A stretch of DNA of 64,000 nt from an uncultured Gemmatimonadales bacterium (GTDB lineage: Bacteria; Gemmatimonadota; Gemmatimonadetes; Longimicrobiales; Gaopeijiaceae): the NCBI GenBank assembly GCA_963823035.1, contig CAWGKG010000018.1:384001-448000 (forward strand), in the 5' to 3' direction. Below are positions 1 through 11,380 of this stretch, in pieces; the stretch's first letter is position 1; the number at the start of each line of letters is the position of its first letter. The translations under genes and the position numbers were made by a program. Below the pieces are notes generated by a model. That model had not been told where the DNA came from. It searched no databases and saw only the letters and a program-made list of their open reading frames with translations.

Positions 1-2
1 CC

Positions 3-3000
3 CTCCCCTACGAGGAGGCCGAGCCGAACCTCGAGATCGGCGGGCTGCGCGTCGAGGCGGTCGAGGCGCTCTTCTCCGGGCGGTCGCGGATCGTGGTCAC
101 CACGCCGCGCGCGCTGCAGGAGCGCGCCCCGATCCCCGCCCACCTGGCCCGGCTCCGACTCACGCTCCGCGTCGGCGACACGGTCGACCTCCACGAGTTG
201 GCCGAGACGCTCGAGGCGCGTGGCTTCGAGCGCGTGCCGCTCGTCGAGGAGGTGGGGCAGTTCGCGGTGCGGGGAGGGATCATCGACGTCTTCTCCGTCG
301 GCTCGGGCGACCCGGTGCGCATCGAACTGTGGGGCGACGAGGTCGCGTCGGTGCGTAGCTTCGACATCCTCGACCAGCGCTCGATCGACGAGCTGAGCGA
401 GACGCACGTCCTGCCGGTCGACTTCCGACGCGGTGGCGACGGCGAGGATACGGTCCCGCGCTCCCTCCTGGAGCTGGTGCCCGCCGACGCCGTGGTGGTG
501 CGGCTCGGTGCCTGGGACGTCGCCGCGGACGTGGCGCGGACGTGGGAGCGGGTGAGCGCGCTGTACGCCGATCTGGTCGACTCCGGTGCGTCGCCTCCAC
601 CCCCCGGGCAGCTCTTCCTCGAGCCGGAATCCGTCGCGGGCCAGATGCGGAGGCTGCCCACCCTCACGCTCCGCGACGACGACCAGGCGGAGCGCACGAT
701 GGTGGTGCGCGATCCGCCGGCCATCGACCGCGACATGGGCAAGCTCGAGGACTGGCTGCGCGTGGGCACGGCGCGCGGTCACGACACGCTGCTCCTGTGC
801 GACAACGACGGTCAGCTCCAGCGCCTGGAGGAGATCCTCGGCGGCCCCGAGCGGATCCCTCCGGGCACCGTGCTCGGGATCGGCGCACTCTCCGGGGGCT
901 TCGAGCTCCTGGAAGCCGATCCTCCGCTGAGGGTCCTCAACGACCACGAGATCTTCCGCCGGGCGCGGCGGCTCCGTCGGACGCGACGGTTCCGCGGAGC
1001 CGCCGCCCTCGAGAGCCTGGCGCAGCTCACCCCCGGCGACTACGTGGTGCACCTCGATCACGGGGTCGGCAGGTTCGTGGGGCTCGAGCGCATCGAGGTG
1101 GCGGGCGAGGAGATCGAGGCGCTCGCGATCGAGTACGCCGGCGGCGAGATTCTGCGCCTCCCGGTCTACCGTCTCGACCTGGTCGAGCGGTGGGTCGGCG
1201 AATCGGACGACGCCGAGCCTCCCAGGGTGCACCGCATCGGCGGCCGACGATGGAAGACGCTGCGTCGGAAGACCGAGAAGGCCATCGAGGAGATGACGGC
1301 CGAGCTCCTCCACCTCTACGCGCGGCGTGAGACGGCGGAGGGACACGCCTTTCCTGCGGACTCGCGCTGGCAGAAGGAGATGGAGTCGTCCTTCCTCTAC
1401 GAGGATACGCCGGACCAGCGCCAGGCTGCCGAGGACGTGAAGCGCGACATGGAGGCCAAGCGCCCGATGGACCGCCTGGTGTGCGGCGACGTGGGCTACG
1501 GAAAGACCGAGGTCGCCGTCCGCGCCGCCTTCAAGGCCGTGCAGGACGGGAAGCAGGTGGCCGTGCTGGCCCCCACGACGATCCTGGTGGAGCAGCACCG
1601 GCACACCTTCGAGGAGCGCCTCGCGGACTATCCCGTCCGTGTGGGCGCGCTCAGCCGCTTCCGCGCGCCCAAGGAGGGCCGCGCGCTCCTGGGTGAGCTG
1701 GCGAACGGGGGATTGGACATCATCATCGGCACGCACCGTCTGCTCTCCGACGACGTCCAGTTCAAGGACCTGGGTCTCCTGATCGTCGACGAGGAGCAGC
1801 GCTTCGGGGTGAAGCACAAGGAGCGGCTGAAGCGCATGCGCGCCTCCGTGGACGTGCTCACGCTCACCGCCACGCCGATCCCGCGCACGCTCTACCTGTC
1901 GCTCTCCGGAATCCGGGACCTGTCGCTGATCCGCACGCCGCCGCGCGACCGGATGCCGATCTTCACGCACGTGCTGCCGTGGACGGACCAGATCCTGATG
2001 GAGGCGCTCCAGCGGGAGCTTGACCGCGGGGGGCAGGCCTTCTTCCTGCACAACCGCGTCGAGACCATCTACACGATCGCCGAAGAGGTGCGCGGGTTGG
2101 TGCCGGAGGCGCGCATCGCCGTCGCGCACGGGCAGATGGGTGGCGCCGAACTGGACGAGCACATGCGTGCCTTCGTGGACGGCGAGGTGGACGTGCTGGT
2201 GTGCTCGTCGATCATCGAGAACGGCCTCGACGTGCCCAACGCCAACACGCTGATCGTGGACCGTGCGGACCGCTTCGGCCTGTCCCAGCTCTACCAGATC
2301 CGCGGCCGCGTGGGCCGCTCCGACCGACGCGCCTACTGCTACCTCCTGGTGCCGGAGGAGATGACCGAGGACGCGGCCCGTCGGATGCGCGTGCTCGAGC
2401 ACTACACGGAGCTGGGCAGCGGGTACTCGGTGGCGCTCCGGGACCTCGAGCTGCGCGGAGCGGGCAACCTGCTGGGCGCCGACCAGTCCGGCTTCGCCCA
2501 CCAGGTGGGGTTGGACGCGTACCTGCGCCTGCTCGAGAAGACCGTGGAGCGCCTGAAGAAGGGCGAGGTGGTGGAGGAGTATCCCGACCCCGATGTCTCC
2601 TTGGCTGGACCCGCGTATCTTCCCGAGGGGTATGTGGCGGATTCGGGACAGAAGCTCCATCTCTATCGTCGGCTCTCGCGTGTGCGCGAACGCCGGGAGG
2701 TGGACGCACTCGGGCGGGAGATGGCGGATCGCTACGGCGTCCTCCCCGCCGAAGTCGGTCGCCTCCTCGACGCATCGGTCCTGCGTCTGCTCGGGCGCTC
2801 CGTGGGTGCGGAGCGCATCCTCGTGCGCGAACGGTCGGCAAGGCTCAACTTCCGTGCCGGCGTCGTGCCCCACGTCGCGGCCCTGGAAGGGCCGCTTCGC
2901 CAACGACAGGTTGAGATCGAGGTACGGCGGATGGACCCGCTCTCCCTGGTGCTCAACCAGGTGGGGTCGGCGCCCTTGACGGAGACATTGATGATGGCCC

Positions 3001-3029
3001 TCGAGGCCCTGAAGGCGGAGACTTCATGA
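3..3029 (+). CDS. mfd: Transcription-repair coupling factor (5' end truncated by window edge)
   Basis: UvrB-homology N-terminus, CarD/RID segment (GDYVVHLDHGVG), RecG-like helicase motifs (CGDVGYGKT, DEEQRFG, TATPIPRT, QIRGRVGRS) and TRCF C-terminus. The frame is open back to position 3. Confidence 0.97.
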   Translation, partial: LPYEEAEPNLEIGGLRVEAVEALFSGRSRIVVTTPRALQERAPIPAHLARLRLTLRVGDTVDLHELAETLEARGFERVPLVEEVGQFAVRGGIIDVFSVGSGDPVRIELWGDEVASVRSFDILDQRSIDELSETHVLPVDFRRGGDGEDTVPRSLLELVPADAVVVRLGAWDVAADVARTWERVSALYADLVDSGASPPPPGQLFLEPESVAGQMRRLPTLTLRDDDQAERTMVVRDPPAIDRDMGKLEDWLRVGTARGHDTLLLCDNDGQLQRLEEILGGPERIPPGTVLGIGALSGGFELLEADPPLRVLNDHEIFRRARRLRRTRRFRGAAALESLAQLTPGDYVVHLDHGVGRFVGLERIEVAGEEIEALAIEYAGGEILRLPVYRLDLVERWVGESDDAEPPRVHRIGGRRWKTLRRKTEKAIEEMTAELLHLYARRETAEGHAFPADSRWQKEMESSFLYEDTPDQRQAAEDVKRDMEAKRPMDRLVCGDVGYGKTEVAVRAAFKAVQDGKQVAVLAPTTILVEQHRHTFEERLADYPVRVGALSRFRAPKEGRALLGELANGGLDIIIGTHRLLSDDVQFKDLGLLIVDEEQRFGVKHKERLKRMRASVDVLTLTATPIPRTLYLSLSGIRDLSLIRTPPRDRMPIFTHVLPWTDQILMEALQRELDRGGQAFFLHNRVETIYTIAEEVRGLVPEARIAVAHGQMGGAELDEHMRAFVDGEVDVLVCSSIIENGLDVPNANTLIVDRADRFGLSQLYQIRGRVGRSDRRAYCYLLVPEEMTEDAARRMRVLEHYTELGSGYSVALRDLELRGAGNLLGADQSGFAHQVGLDAYLRLLEKTVERLKKGEVVEEYPDPDVSLAGPAYLPEGYVADSGQKLHLYRRLSRVRERREVDALGREMADRYGVLPAEVGRLLDASVLRLLGRSVGAERILVRERSARLNFRAGVVPHVAALEGPLRQRQVEIEVRRMDPLSLVLNQVGSAPLTETLMMALEALKAETS

Positions 3030-4510
3030 AGACATCCCGGACCTCCACCCCACGAAACGCGAGCGTTTCGCGGGGGCCCCGATTCGCCTCGGCCCTCTTC
3101 GGGCTGTTGCTCGTTGTCGGGTGCGACAACGCGCAGTCCAACGAGGGCCTGGTCGCCCGCGCTGGAGACCAGGAGTTCACCGTCGACCAGGCCGTGCAGC
3201 TCCTGGTCGATCAGGAGAACCTCCCGAACCAGACCCAGGTCGTGCACGCGCTGGCCGATCTCTGGGTGGACTACACGCTCCTGGCACGGGCCGTGGCCCG
3301 CGACTCCACGTTGGGGGACCTGAACGTGGAGCCGCTCATCCGCCGTCAGCTCGAGCAGCAGGTCATCGCCCAGCACATGGACTCCGTGCTGCAGGTGGAC
3401 ACGGCGATCACCGAGAGCGAGCTGCGCGAAGCCTACGAGCGGGAGGCACCGGACGGGCGCCTGCACGCGCGTCACATCCTCCTCGGCTTTCCGGACCAGG
3501 CCACGCAGGCGCAACGGGACTCCGTGCGGCAGGAGATCGAGTCGATCCGCCAGCGCGTCGTAGGGGGCGAGAGCTTCGAGGCCCTCGCGCGCCAGTACAG
3601 TCAGGACCCGGGAAGCGCGTCACAGGGAGGCGACCTCGGAACGTTCGGCCGAGGAGACATGGTGCGCCCCTTCGAGGACGCGGCCTTCGCACTCCAGCCG
3701 GGTGAGATCAGCGACGTCGTCGAGACGCCCTTCGGGCTGCACATCATCCGGCTCGAGTCCAAGGAAGTGCCCGGTTTCGACTCGATGCGCGACGCCTTCC
3801 GGCAGCAGGTGCAGGGCAAGCGCTTCATGTCGGCGGAGTCGACGTACGTCGCCTCGGTCGAGGAGGCCGCACAGCCGAAGGTCTCCGAGAGCGCGTACGA
3901 GGTGCTCAAGGAGCTGGCCAAGGACCCCGGCGCGCAGCTGTCGGGCCGCGCCGCGGATCGCCCCCTGGTGTCGTTCGCGGGAGGCGCGTTCACGGTCGGG
4001 GAATACCAGCTCTTCATCCAGTCCCAGCAGCCCCAGCTACGCTCGCGGATCGAGTCCGCCACGGACGAGCAGCTGCAGGATTTCCTCAACGGGATGGCGC
4101 AGCGGGAGCTCATGGTCGAGGAGGCGAGGAAGGCCGGGTTGGAGCCGGACCGCCAGCGAGTCGACTCGCTCGTGACCGAAACGCGGAAGCAGATCCTCCT
4201 CGCCGCCGACGAGATCGGGCTCCGCGACCTCGACCGCGCACCGGGTGAGGAGCTCGCCCCCGCGATCGGACGGGCCGTGCACCAGTCGCTCACGGACATC
4301 CTCACCGGGGCCAAGAACGTGGTGCCGCTGGGCCCGATCGCCTTCCAGCTCAGGAGCCGCGTCTCGACGGGCATCTACGACGCGGGCGTCGGGCAGGTGG
4401 TGATCCGCATCGGCCAGGAGCGCGCGGCGCGCAGCCCCTCGGACGCGGAGCAGGGCACGGGGGCCCCGACCGCGCCCGACACGACCGGGGGCGGTTCCGG
4501 AACCCGGTGA
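3026..4510 (+). CDS. Parvulin-type peptidyl-prolyl isomerase lipoprotein (PrsA/SurA/PpiD-like)
   Basis: Lipobox-like LVVGC. Parvulin motifs HARHIL, SQDPGSASQGGDLG, FEDAAF, ETPFGLHII. ATGA overlap with mfd. Confidence 0.9.
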   Translation: MKTSRTSTPRNASVSRGPRFASALFGLLLVVGCDNAQSNEGLVARAGDQEFTVDQAVQLLVDQENLPNQTQVVHALADLWVDYTLLARAVARDSTLGDLNVEPLIRRQLEQQVIAQHMDSVLQVDTAITESELREAYEREAPDGRLHARHILLGFPDQATQAQRDSVRQEIESIRQRVVGGESFEALARQYSQDPGSASQGGDLGTFGRGDMVRPFEDAAFALQPGEISDVVETPFGLHIIRLESKEVPGFDSMRDAFRQQVQGKRFMSAESTYVASVEEAAQPKVSESAYEVLKELAKDPGAQLSGRAADRPLVSFAGGAFTVGEYQLFIQSQQPQLRSRIESATDEQLQDFLNGMAQRELMVEEARKAGLEPDRQRVDSLVTETRKQILLAADEIGLRDLDRAPGEELAPAIGRAVHQSLTDILTGAKNVVPLGPIAFQLRSRVSTGIYDAGVGQVVIRIGQERAARSPSDAEQGTGAPTAPDTTGGGSGTR

Positions 4511-5861
4511 TATCCCTCGGTTTAGCACGCACCATGATTCGACGTGGTCTGGCCGTTACCGCCTTCGTGATCGCCCTCACCTCCCCCGTGCGCGCCCAGG
4601 TGCCGACGGCGGGGACGGACGGGGACGTCGTCGACCGCGTGGTCGCCGTCGTCGGTGACTCCGTGGTCCTGATGACGCAGGTGCTCGAGCAGGTGGAGCA
4701 GATGCGTCTGCAGAGCCCGGACGCGGTGCCCTCGGAGCCGGGGCCCGCCCTGGACCAGTTCCAGCGTCAGGTGCTCGACGACCTCGTGAACCGATTGGTG
4801 ATCCTGCGCGCGGCGGCCAAGGACTCCGTCATCCAGGTGGACGAAGATCGCGTGGACGAGATCGTCGGACAGGAGTTGCAGTCGAGGACGCGCCAGTATC
4901 CGAGCGGCCAGACGGGCATGCTCGAGGCGCTCGCCAAGGAGGGGCTGACGCTCGCCCAATACCGCGAGATGCTGAAGAGCCAGGTGCGCCAGCTCCAGCT
5001 CCAGCAGATGTACGTGCAGCGCCAGGTGCAGGACGCCGCCCCCGTCGAGGTGAGCGACCAGGAGCTCCAGACGGCGTTCGAGCAGGCGCGCGCGAGCCTG
5101 ACGCAGCGCCCACGCCTCGTGTCGTTCGAACAGGTCGTGCTCGCACCCGCCCCCTCGGACTCGGCGAAGCAGATCGCACGCGTCAAGGCGCGGGCGATCC
5201 TCGACAGCATCCAGGGCGGTGCCGACTTCGGCGAGATGGCCAAGCGCTACTCGCAGGATCCGGGTAGCGCGGAGAACGGGGGCGACCTGGGTTGGTTCCG
5301 GCGTGGGCAGATGGTCCACGAGTTCGAGGACGCCGCGTTCTCCCTCCCGCCGGGGGCGGTGAGCGACCTCGTGGAGAGCGACTTCGGCTACCACATCATC
5401 AAGGTGGAGCGCGCGCGCCCGGGCGAGGTGAAGGCCCGCCACATCCTCATCCGCCCCGAGCTGGGCACGGGGGACGTGGGGCGGGCGCGGGCCAAGGCGG
5501 ACAGCGTGGCGGAGCTGGCGCGCTCGGGGACGCCCATGGAGGAGCTCTACGACGAGTTCTCCGATCCCATGGCTCCGGACACGCTCACGGTCTCGTACCA
5601 GCAGCTGCAGCAGCTCCCGCCCGGATACAGCGTGCTCCAGAACGCCACCGAGGGCGAGGTGGTCGGCCCGATCGAATACGACGCCGGCCGGCGGCGAGAC
5701 GCGTCTGGCCGTGGTGCGGGTGCGCGCAGATCCGCGAGGCGGGCGCCTACACGTTCGACGACGTCAAGGCGCAGCTCGCGCAACAGGTCCAGCAGACCAA
5801 GCAGTATCAACGCCTGCTCGACCGGTTGAAGGACGGCACCCACATCGAGATCCTGATGTAG
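4507..5861 (+). CDS. surA: SurA-like periplasmic chaperone/PPIase, with an apparent frameshift near 5690-5720
   Basis: Signal peptide, VDRVVAVV SurA N-domain, parvulin motif SQDPGSAENGGDLG. The C-terminus (...LLDRLKDGTHIEILM) continues in another frame to 5861. Lies upstream of pdxA, as in the usual surA-pdxA arrangement. Confidence 0.8.
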
Positions 5862-5865
5862 CCGG

Positions 5866-6855
5866 GTGACCCGACCCCCACCCCACGAGCACGATCGCGG
5901 CCGCATCGCCGTCACCCTCGGCGATCCCCGGGGCATCGGACCCGAAGTGACCTTTCGGGCCGTGGAGCGGATGCGCTCCGAGGATCCCACGGTCCGGCTC
6001 CTCCTGCTGGGTCCCGCAGCCACCCTCCACCGCCCCGACGCCCCGACCGACCTCCCGACGCACGCCGTGCCGTGGGACGGCTCGGACGACGACGCGGACG
6101 CGGGCGCCGCGGCCGCCCGCGCCATCGAAGAGGCGGTCGCTCTCGCCCTCGAGGGCGCGGTGGGCTCGGTGGTCACCGCCCCCCTCCACAAGCCCTCGCT
6201 GCACGCGGCCGGTTGGGACGTGCCCGGCCAGACCGAGATGCTGCAGCGCCTGACCGGCGCCGCGCACGTCGGGATGCTCATGGCCGCGGAGCGCACGCAC
6301 CTGGGCGGACCGCTGCGGGTGCTCCTCGCCACCACGCACCTCCCCCTGCGCGACGTGCCCTCCGCCGTCACGGAGGAGCTGTTGATCGACCAGACGACGC
6401 TGCTGCACGCCTCGCTGCGCGACGGCTGGGGCCTCGAATCCCCTCGCATCGCGCTGTGCGCGCTGAATCCGCACGCCTCCGACGGCGGGCTCTTCGGGGA
6501 CGAGGAGGCCCGCGTGCTCGCGCCCGCCGTCGAGCGGCTACGGGCCGGCGGCGTGGACGTTCGGGGGCCACTCCCCGCGGATACCGTGTTCGGCCGGGCC
6601 CTCGCCGGGGACTACGACGCCGTGGTCGCGCCGTACCACGACGTGGGGATGGCGGCCTTCAAGACCGCCGCCTTCGGCGCGGGCGTGAACGTCACCCTGG
6701 GTCTGCCCTTCGTGCGCACTTCCCCCGACCACGGCACCGCCTTCGACATCGCCCGCACGCCGGGCCGGGCCGATCCCTCCTCCATGCTCGAGGCGCTCCA
6801 TCTGGCCCGCCGGCTCACGGCGGCGCGCTTTGACACGGATTCGGCACGTGTCTAG
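5866..6855 (+). CDS. pdxA: 4-hydroxythreonine-4-phosphate dehydrogenase
   Basis: Motifs TLGDPRGIGPE, TAPLHK, LNPHA, PADT, YHD, NVTLGLPFVRTSPDHGTAFDIA. Confidence 0.95.
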   Translation: MTRPPPHEHDRGRIAVTLGDPRGIGPEVTFRAVERMRSEDPTVRLLLLGPAATLHRPDAPTDLPTHAVPWDGSDDDADAGAAAARAIEEAVALALEGAVGSVVTAPLHKPSLHAAGWDVPGQTEMLQRLTGAAHVGMLMAAERTHLGGPLRVLLATTHLPLRDVPSAVTEELLIDQTTLLHASLRDGWGLESPRIALCALNPHASDGGLFGDEEARVLAPAVERLRAGGVDVRGPLPADTVFGRALAGDYDAVVAPYHDVGMAAFKTAAFGAGVNVTLGLPFVRTSPDHGTAFDIARTPGRADPSSMLEALHLARRLTAARFDTDSARV

Positions 6856-6906
6856 GATTCCGTCCCGGCAACGCGGCGGCCGTCCGCCCCTCATCCTTCC
6901 CGTCCG

Positions 6907-7582
<676 letters not shown>

Positions 7583-7587
7583 GCACC

Positions 7588-8442
7588 ATGCACGCCCTCC
7601 GTGAGGCGCTCGCCGCCTTCAAGCGGGCCCCGATGCTCACCGGGCTCGCCGCCGCGATGGTCGCGCTCGCGCTCTACGTGGTGGGTATCTTCGGGCTGGC
7701 CGCGTACAACCTGCGCCTCGCCCTGACGGCCATCGAGGAGCGCGTGGAGATCGTGGCCTACCTGCGCGACGACGTGCGCCAGAGCGAGATCGACCTCGCG
7801 CAGAAGGAGCTCTCCGACATCCCCGAGGTCGCGCGAATCAACTACGTGTCGAAGCGCGAGGCGCTCGCGCGCGCCCAGGAGGACCTCCCTGAGTTCTCCG
7901 ATCTCTTCGCCACGGCGGGCGTGAACCCACTCCCCCAGTCGCTCGAGATCGAGCTGCGGCCGGGCCAGCGCACGCAGGAGGTGGTCGACCGTGTCTCCGC
8001 CGCCGCCTCGGCGTATCCGTTCGTGGAGGACGTGCGCTTCGGGAGGGAGTGGGTCGAGAAGCTCTTCACGCTGCGTCGCGTCGGCGCGGCGACGGCGGCC
8101 GTGCTGGGTGCCGCCTTCTTCCTGGTGGCCGCCCTCATCATCGGCACCGCGCTGCGCATCGCGATCTTCGCCCGCCGCGACGAGATCTACGTCATGCGTC
8201 TGGTGGGCGCGAAGAACGGCTTCATCCGCAGGCCGTTCCTCATGGAGGGCGCCATCTCCGGCCTGGTGGGCGGGCTCCTCGCGTGGATGCTGACGTACCT
8301 CACGTACCGCGGCGTCTACGCGTTCCTGTTCGCGCTCGCGTGGATCCCCTCCGGCTGGATCGCCATCGGCATCGCGCTCGGAATGGTGTTCGGTGTCCTG
8401 GCCAGCGCCATGGCCATCCGGAGACACCTCCGGGAGGTGTGA
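7588..8442 (+). CDS. ftsX: Cell-division permease FtsX
   Basis: One TM, periplasmic loop (NPLP), then three TMs. Motif RRDEIYVMRLVGA...FIRRPFLMEG. ATG at 7588. Confidence 0.92.
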   Translation: MHALREALAAFKRAPMLTGLAAAMVALALYVVGIFGLAAYNLRLALTAIEERVEIVAYLRDDVRQSEIDLAQKELSDIPEVARINYVSKREALARAQEDLPEFSDLFATAGVNPLPQSLEIELRPGQRTQEVVDRVSAAASAYPFVEDVRFGREWVEKLFTLRRVGAATAAVLGAAFFLVAALIIGTALRIAIFARRDEIYVMRLVGAKNGFIRRPFLMEGAISGLVGGLLAWMLTYLTYRGVYAFLFALAWIPSGWIAIGIALGMVFGVLASAMAIRRHLREV

Positions 8443-8443
8443 C

Positions 8444-9704
8444 GTGGCCACATGGCGATGCGGATCCGGTCGAGGTGCGCGGCGTGCCTTGATGGTCGCG
8501 CCGATCCTCGCGCTCGCCCTCGCGCTCGCCGCGACCCCGCCTCCGCTCGGGGCGCAGCAGAGCGACCTGCGCCGCGAGATCCTCGAGAGCCAGCGTCGGC
8601 TCGAGCAGATCCGGGCCGAGCGCGCCCGCCTGCAGGCGGAGATGGAAGGCGTGCAGGTACGCGTCCGGGACGCGGCGGCCGATCTCGCCAACGTGGAGCG
8701 GCGCCTGTCGGCGTCACGCTCCGTGCTCGCCGAGATCCAGCTCCAGTCGGACGCGACCTCCGAGGAGATCGCCACCACGAGCCTGGACCTGGTGCAGGCG
8801 CGCGAGCGCCTCGCAGCCGGCAAGGCCGTCCTCAACCGTCGGCTTCGCGACATCTACAAGCTGGGTCCCTTGCAGACCGTGCGGGTGCTCCTGGGCGCCA
8901 CCTCCTTCACCGACCTGCTGAACCGATACCGCTACCTGCAGCGCGTGGCCTCCTTCGACCGCGCGCTCGTCGATCGCGTCAACGAGCTCGAGCAGGTGCT
9001 CAGCGAGCAGAGCGACGAGCTCGAGCAACGCATGGCGGAGCTGAGCGGGCTCCGTCAGGCGCGTCAGGGGGAGGTCGCCCAGCTGCGCTCCGTCGAGGAG
9101 GAACGGCAGGCCACGCTGCAGGAGTACCGCTCCCGCCAGGAGAACACCGAGACGCAGCTGGGCCAGCTCGAGGCCGACGAGAAGCGCATGACCGGCCTGA
9201 TCGACGATCTCGAACGCCGTCGGATCGAGGAGGAGCGCCGGCGCTCGTCGGCCTCCGCCGGAGAGGGCACGCTGTCGGCGAGCGACGAGGGCTCTCTCGA
9301 CTGGCCGCTGGACGGAGACATCCTCTATCACTTCGGGCGCGAGCGCCGGCCCAACGGGCTGGTGCTGCGCTGGAACGGGATCGGCATCGAGGCGGCCCCC
9401 GGGAACGCCCGTGCGCGCCGTGCGCGCCGGCCGCGTGGTGTTGGCCGGGCCCTTCGAGGGATACGGGCCCACGGTGGTGCTCAGCCACGGAAACGGCTTC
9501 TACACCCTCTACCTCTACCTGGAGGACATCGGGGTCGTGGAGGGGCGTGACGTGGCGGCGGGCCAGGTGGTGGGCACGGTGGGCGGGCGCGACACGCCGG
9601 AGGGCGCCCACCTCGAGTTCCAGATCCGCGCCCCGGTGAACGGAGGCGCGCCCCAGGCGCAGGATCCCCTCAAGTGGCTCCGACCCCGGGGAGCCGGCGG
9701 ATGA
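8444..9704 (+). CDS. envC: Murein hydrolase activator EnvC-like (coiled coil plus degenerate M23 domain), with a frameshift near 9400
   Basis: Signal peptide, long coiled coil, WPLDG, WNGIGI, then M23-like [11 protein letters not shown]...HLEFQIR in a second frame. Follows ftsEX. Confidence 0.85.
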
Positions 9705-10876
9705 TCGAGCTCCACCCCGTCGTGGGCCACGAGGCCGCGCGCGCGGCGCTCGCCCGCGCGCACGCCGCCGCCGGCCTGCCGGCCTCCCTGCTCGTGCACG
9801 GGCTCCGCGGCGTGGGCAAGCAGCGGCTCGCCCAATGGATCGCGCAGCTGCAGGTGTGCGACAGCCCGGGCCCCGAGGGACCCTGCGGCGCGTGCCGGCC
9901 CTGCCGGCTGGCGCTCGGGCTCGAGCATCCCGACATCCACTGGTACTTCCCCCTTCCCCGTCCGAAGGGCGTGAGCGGGGACCGGCTCGCGGACGCCCTG
10001 GAGTCCGCGCGCGCCGACGCGCTCGTCGAGCTGCGCGCGCATCCGCTGCGGCCCAGCCAGGCCGACGAGCTCCGCGGGATCTACCTCGGCGTCGTGCAGG
10101 GAATCCGCCGTCGCGCCCACGTCACGCCGACGCTGGCGCGGGTGCAGGTCTTCATCATCGCGGACGCCGAGTACCTCGTCCCCCAGGAGGCCAGTCCGGA
10201 GGCCGCGAACGCCCTCCTGAAGCTCCTCGAGGAGCCGCCGGGGGGCTCGCGCTTCGTGCTCACGTCGGGCGAGCCGGGACGGCTCCTCCCGACGATCCGC
10301 TCCCGTTCCGTCCCCCTGCACCTCTCGCCGCTGCCGCTGGAGACCGTCGCGACGTTTCTCCGGGAGCGGTGCGGCGTGGACGCCGAGACGGCCCGTTGGG
10401 CGGCGGCGCTCGGCCAGGGATCGATCGGAAGGGCGCTCGGCTTCCTCCCCGACGGAGACGATCCCGGCCCCCAGGAAGCGCTACGCCGGGAGGCGCTCAA
10501 GATCGTCGAGGCCGCGCTGGCCGACACCCGCGCCGCCGGTTGGAGCGCCGCGCTGGGCTATGCCCCCACCAGGGCACGCACCCTGGTGGAGCTCTTCGCA
10601 TTCGTCGAGGAGTGGCTACGCGACGTCGCGGCGGTCGCCGCGGGCTCGGAGGAGAGCGTCCGCAGCCGGGACTTCCTCCCCCACCTGCGCAAGCTGGTGA
10701 CGGACGCGGGCGTCGAGGCGGCGGACGCGGCGGCAGCGCTCCCGGCCGTGGAGGAGGCCCGCGAGTTGGCGCGCGGGAACGTGAACCCCCAGCTCATCGT
10801 CTCCGGGCTCGTGCGCCGGCTCCGTCGGACGCTGCGCCGGGAAGCCGCCGACGCCTTCCCGGGAGGAACGCGCTGA
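9701..10876 (+). CDS. holB: DNA polymerase III delta' subunit
   Basis: GLRGVGK, Zn-module [31 protein letters not shown]. Confidence 0.9.
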   Translation: MIELHPVVGHEAARAALARAHAAAGLPASLLVHGLRGVGKQRLAQWIAQLQVCDSPGPEGPCGACRPCRLALGLEHPDIHWYFPLPRPKGVSGDRLADALESARADALVELRAHPLRPSQADELRGIYLGVVQGIRRRAHVTPTLARVQVFIIADAEYLVPQEASPEAANALLKLLEEPPGGSRFVLTSGEPGRLLPTIRSRSVPLHLSPLPLETVATFLRERCGVDAETARWAAALGQGSIGRALGFLPDGDDPGPQEALRREALKIVEAALADTRAAGWSAALGYAPTRARTLVELFAFVEEWLRDVAAVAAGSEESVRSRDFLPHLRKLVTDAGVEAADAAAALPAVEEARELARGNVNPQLIVSGLVRRLRRTLRREAADAFPGGTR

Positions 10877-11367
10877 TGTCGGACGAAGGCCTGACACACC
10901 ACGACGAGGCGGGACGGGCGCGGATGGTGGACGTGACCGCGAAGGAGGCCACGTCGCGCCTGGCGGTGGCCGAGGGCCGCATCGTGATGGCGGCGGAGAC
11001 GCTGGCGCGGATCCGCGAGGGCCGCACGCCGAAGGGGGATCCCCTCCTGGTGGCCCAGATCGCGGGGATCATGGGCGGGAAGCGCACGGCGGATCTCATC
11101 CCCCTCTGTCACCAGCTACCCGGTGCCAGCATCGCCGTGACGCTCGAGCCGGACGACACCCTCCCCGGGGTGGTCGCCCGTGCGGAGGCGCGCATCGCCG
11201 GCCGGACCGGGGTGGAGATGGAGGCGCTGACCGCCGTCTCGGTGGCGCTCCTCGCGGTCTACGACATGGTCAAGGCGGTGGACCGCGGCATGCGCATCGA
11301 GGGGGTTCGGCTGCTGCGGAAGGAAGGCGGACGCAGCGGCGTGTGGAGCGTGGACCCGGACGGCTGA
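10876..11367 (+). CDS. moaC: Cyclic pyranopterin monophosphate synthase
   Basis: [41 protein letters not shown]. Confidence 0.95.
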   Translation: MSDEGLTHHDEAGRARMVDVTAKEATSRLAVAEGRIVMAAETLARIREGRTPKGDPLLVAQIAGIMGGKRTADLIPLCHQLPGASIAVTLEPDDTLPGVVARAEARIAGRTGVEMEALTAVSVALLAVYDMVKAVDRGMRIEGVRLLRKEGGRSGVWSVDPDG

Positions 11368-11380
11368 GCGCGGACGGCGC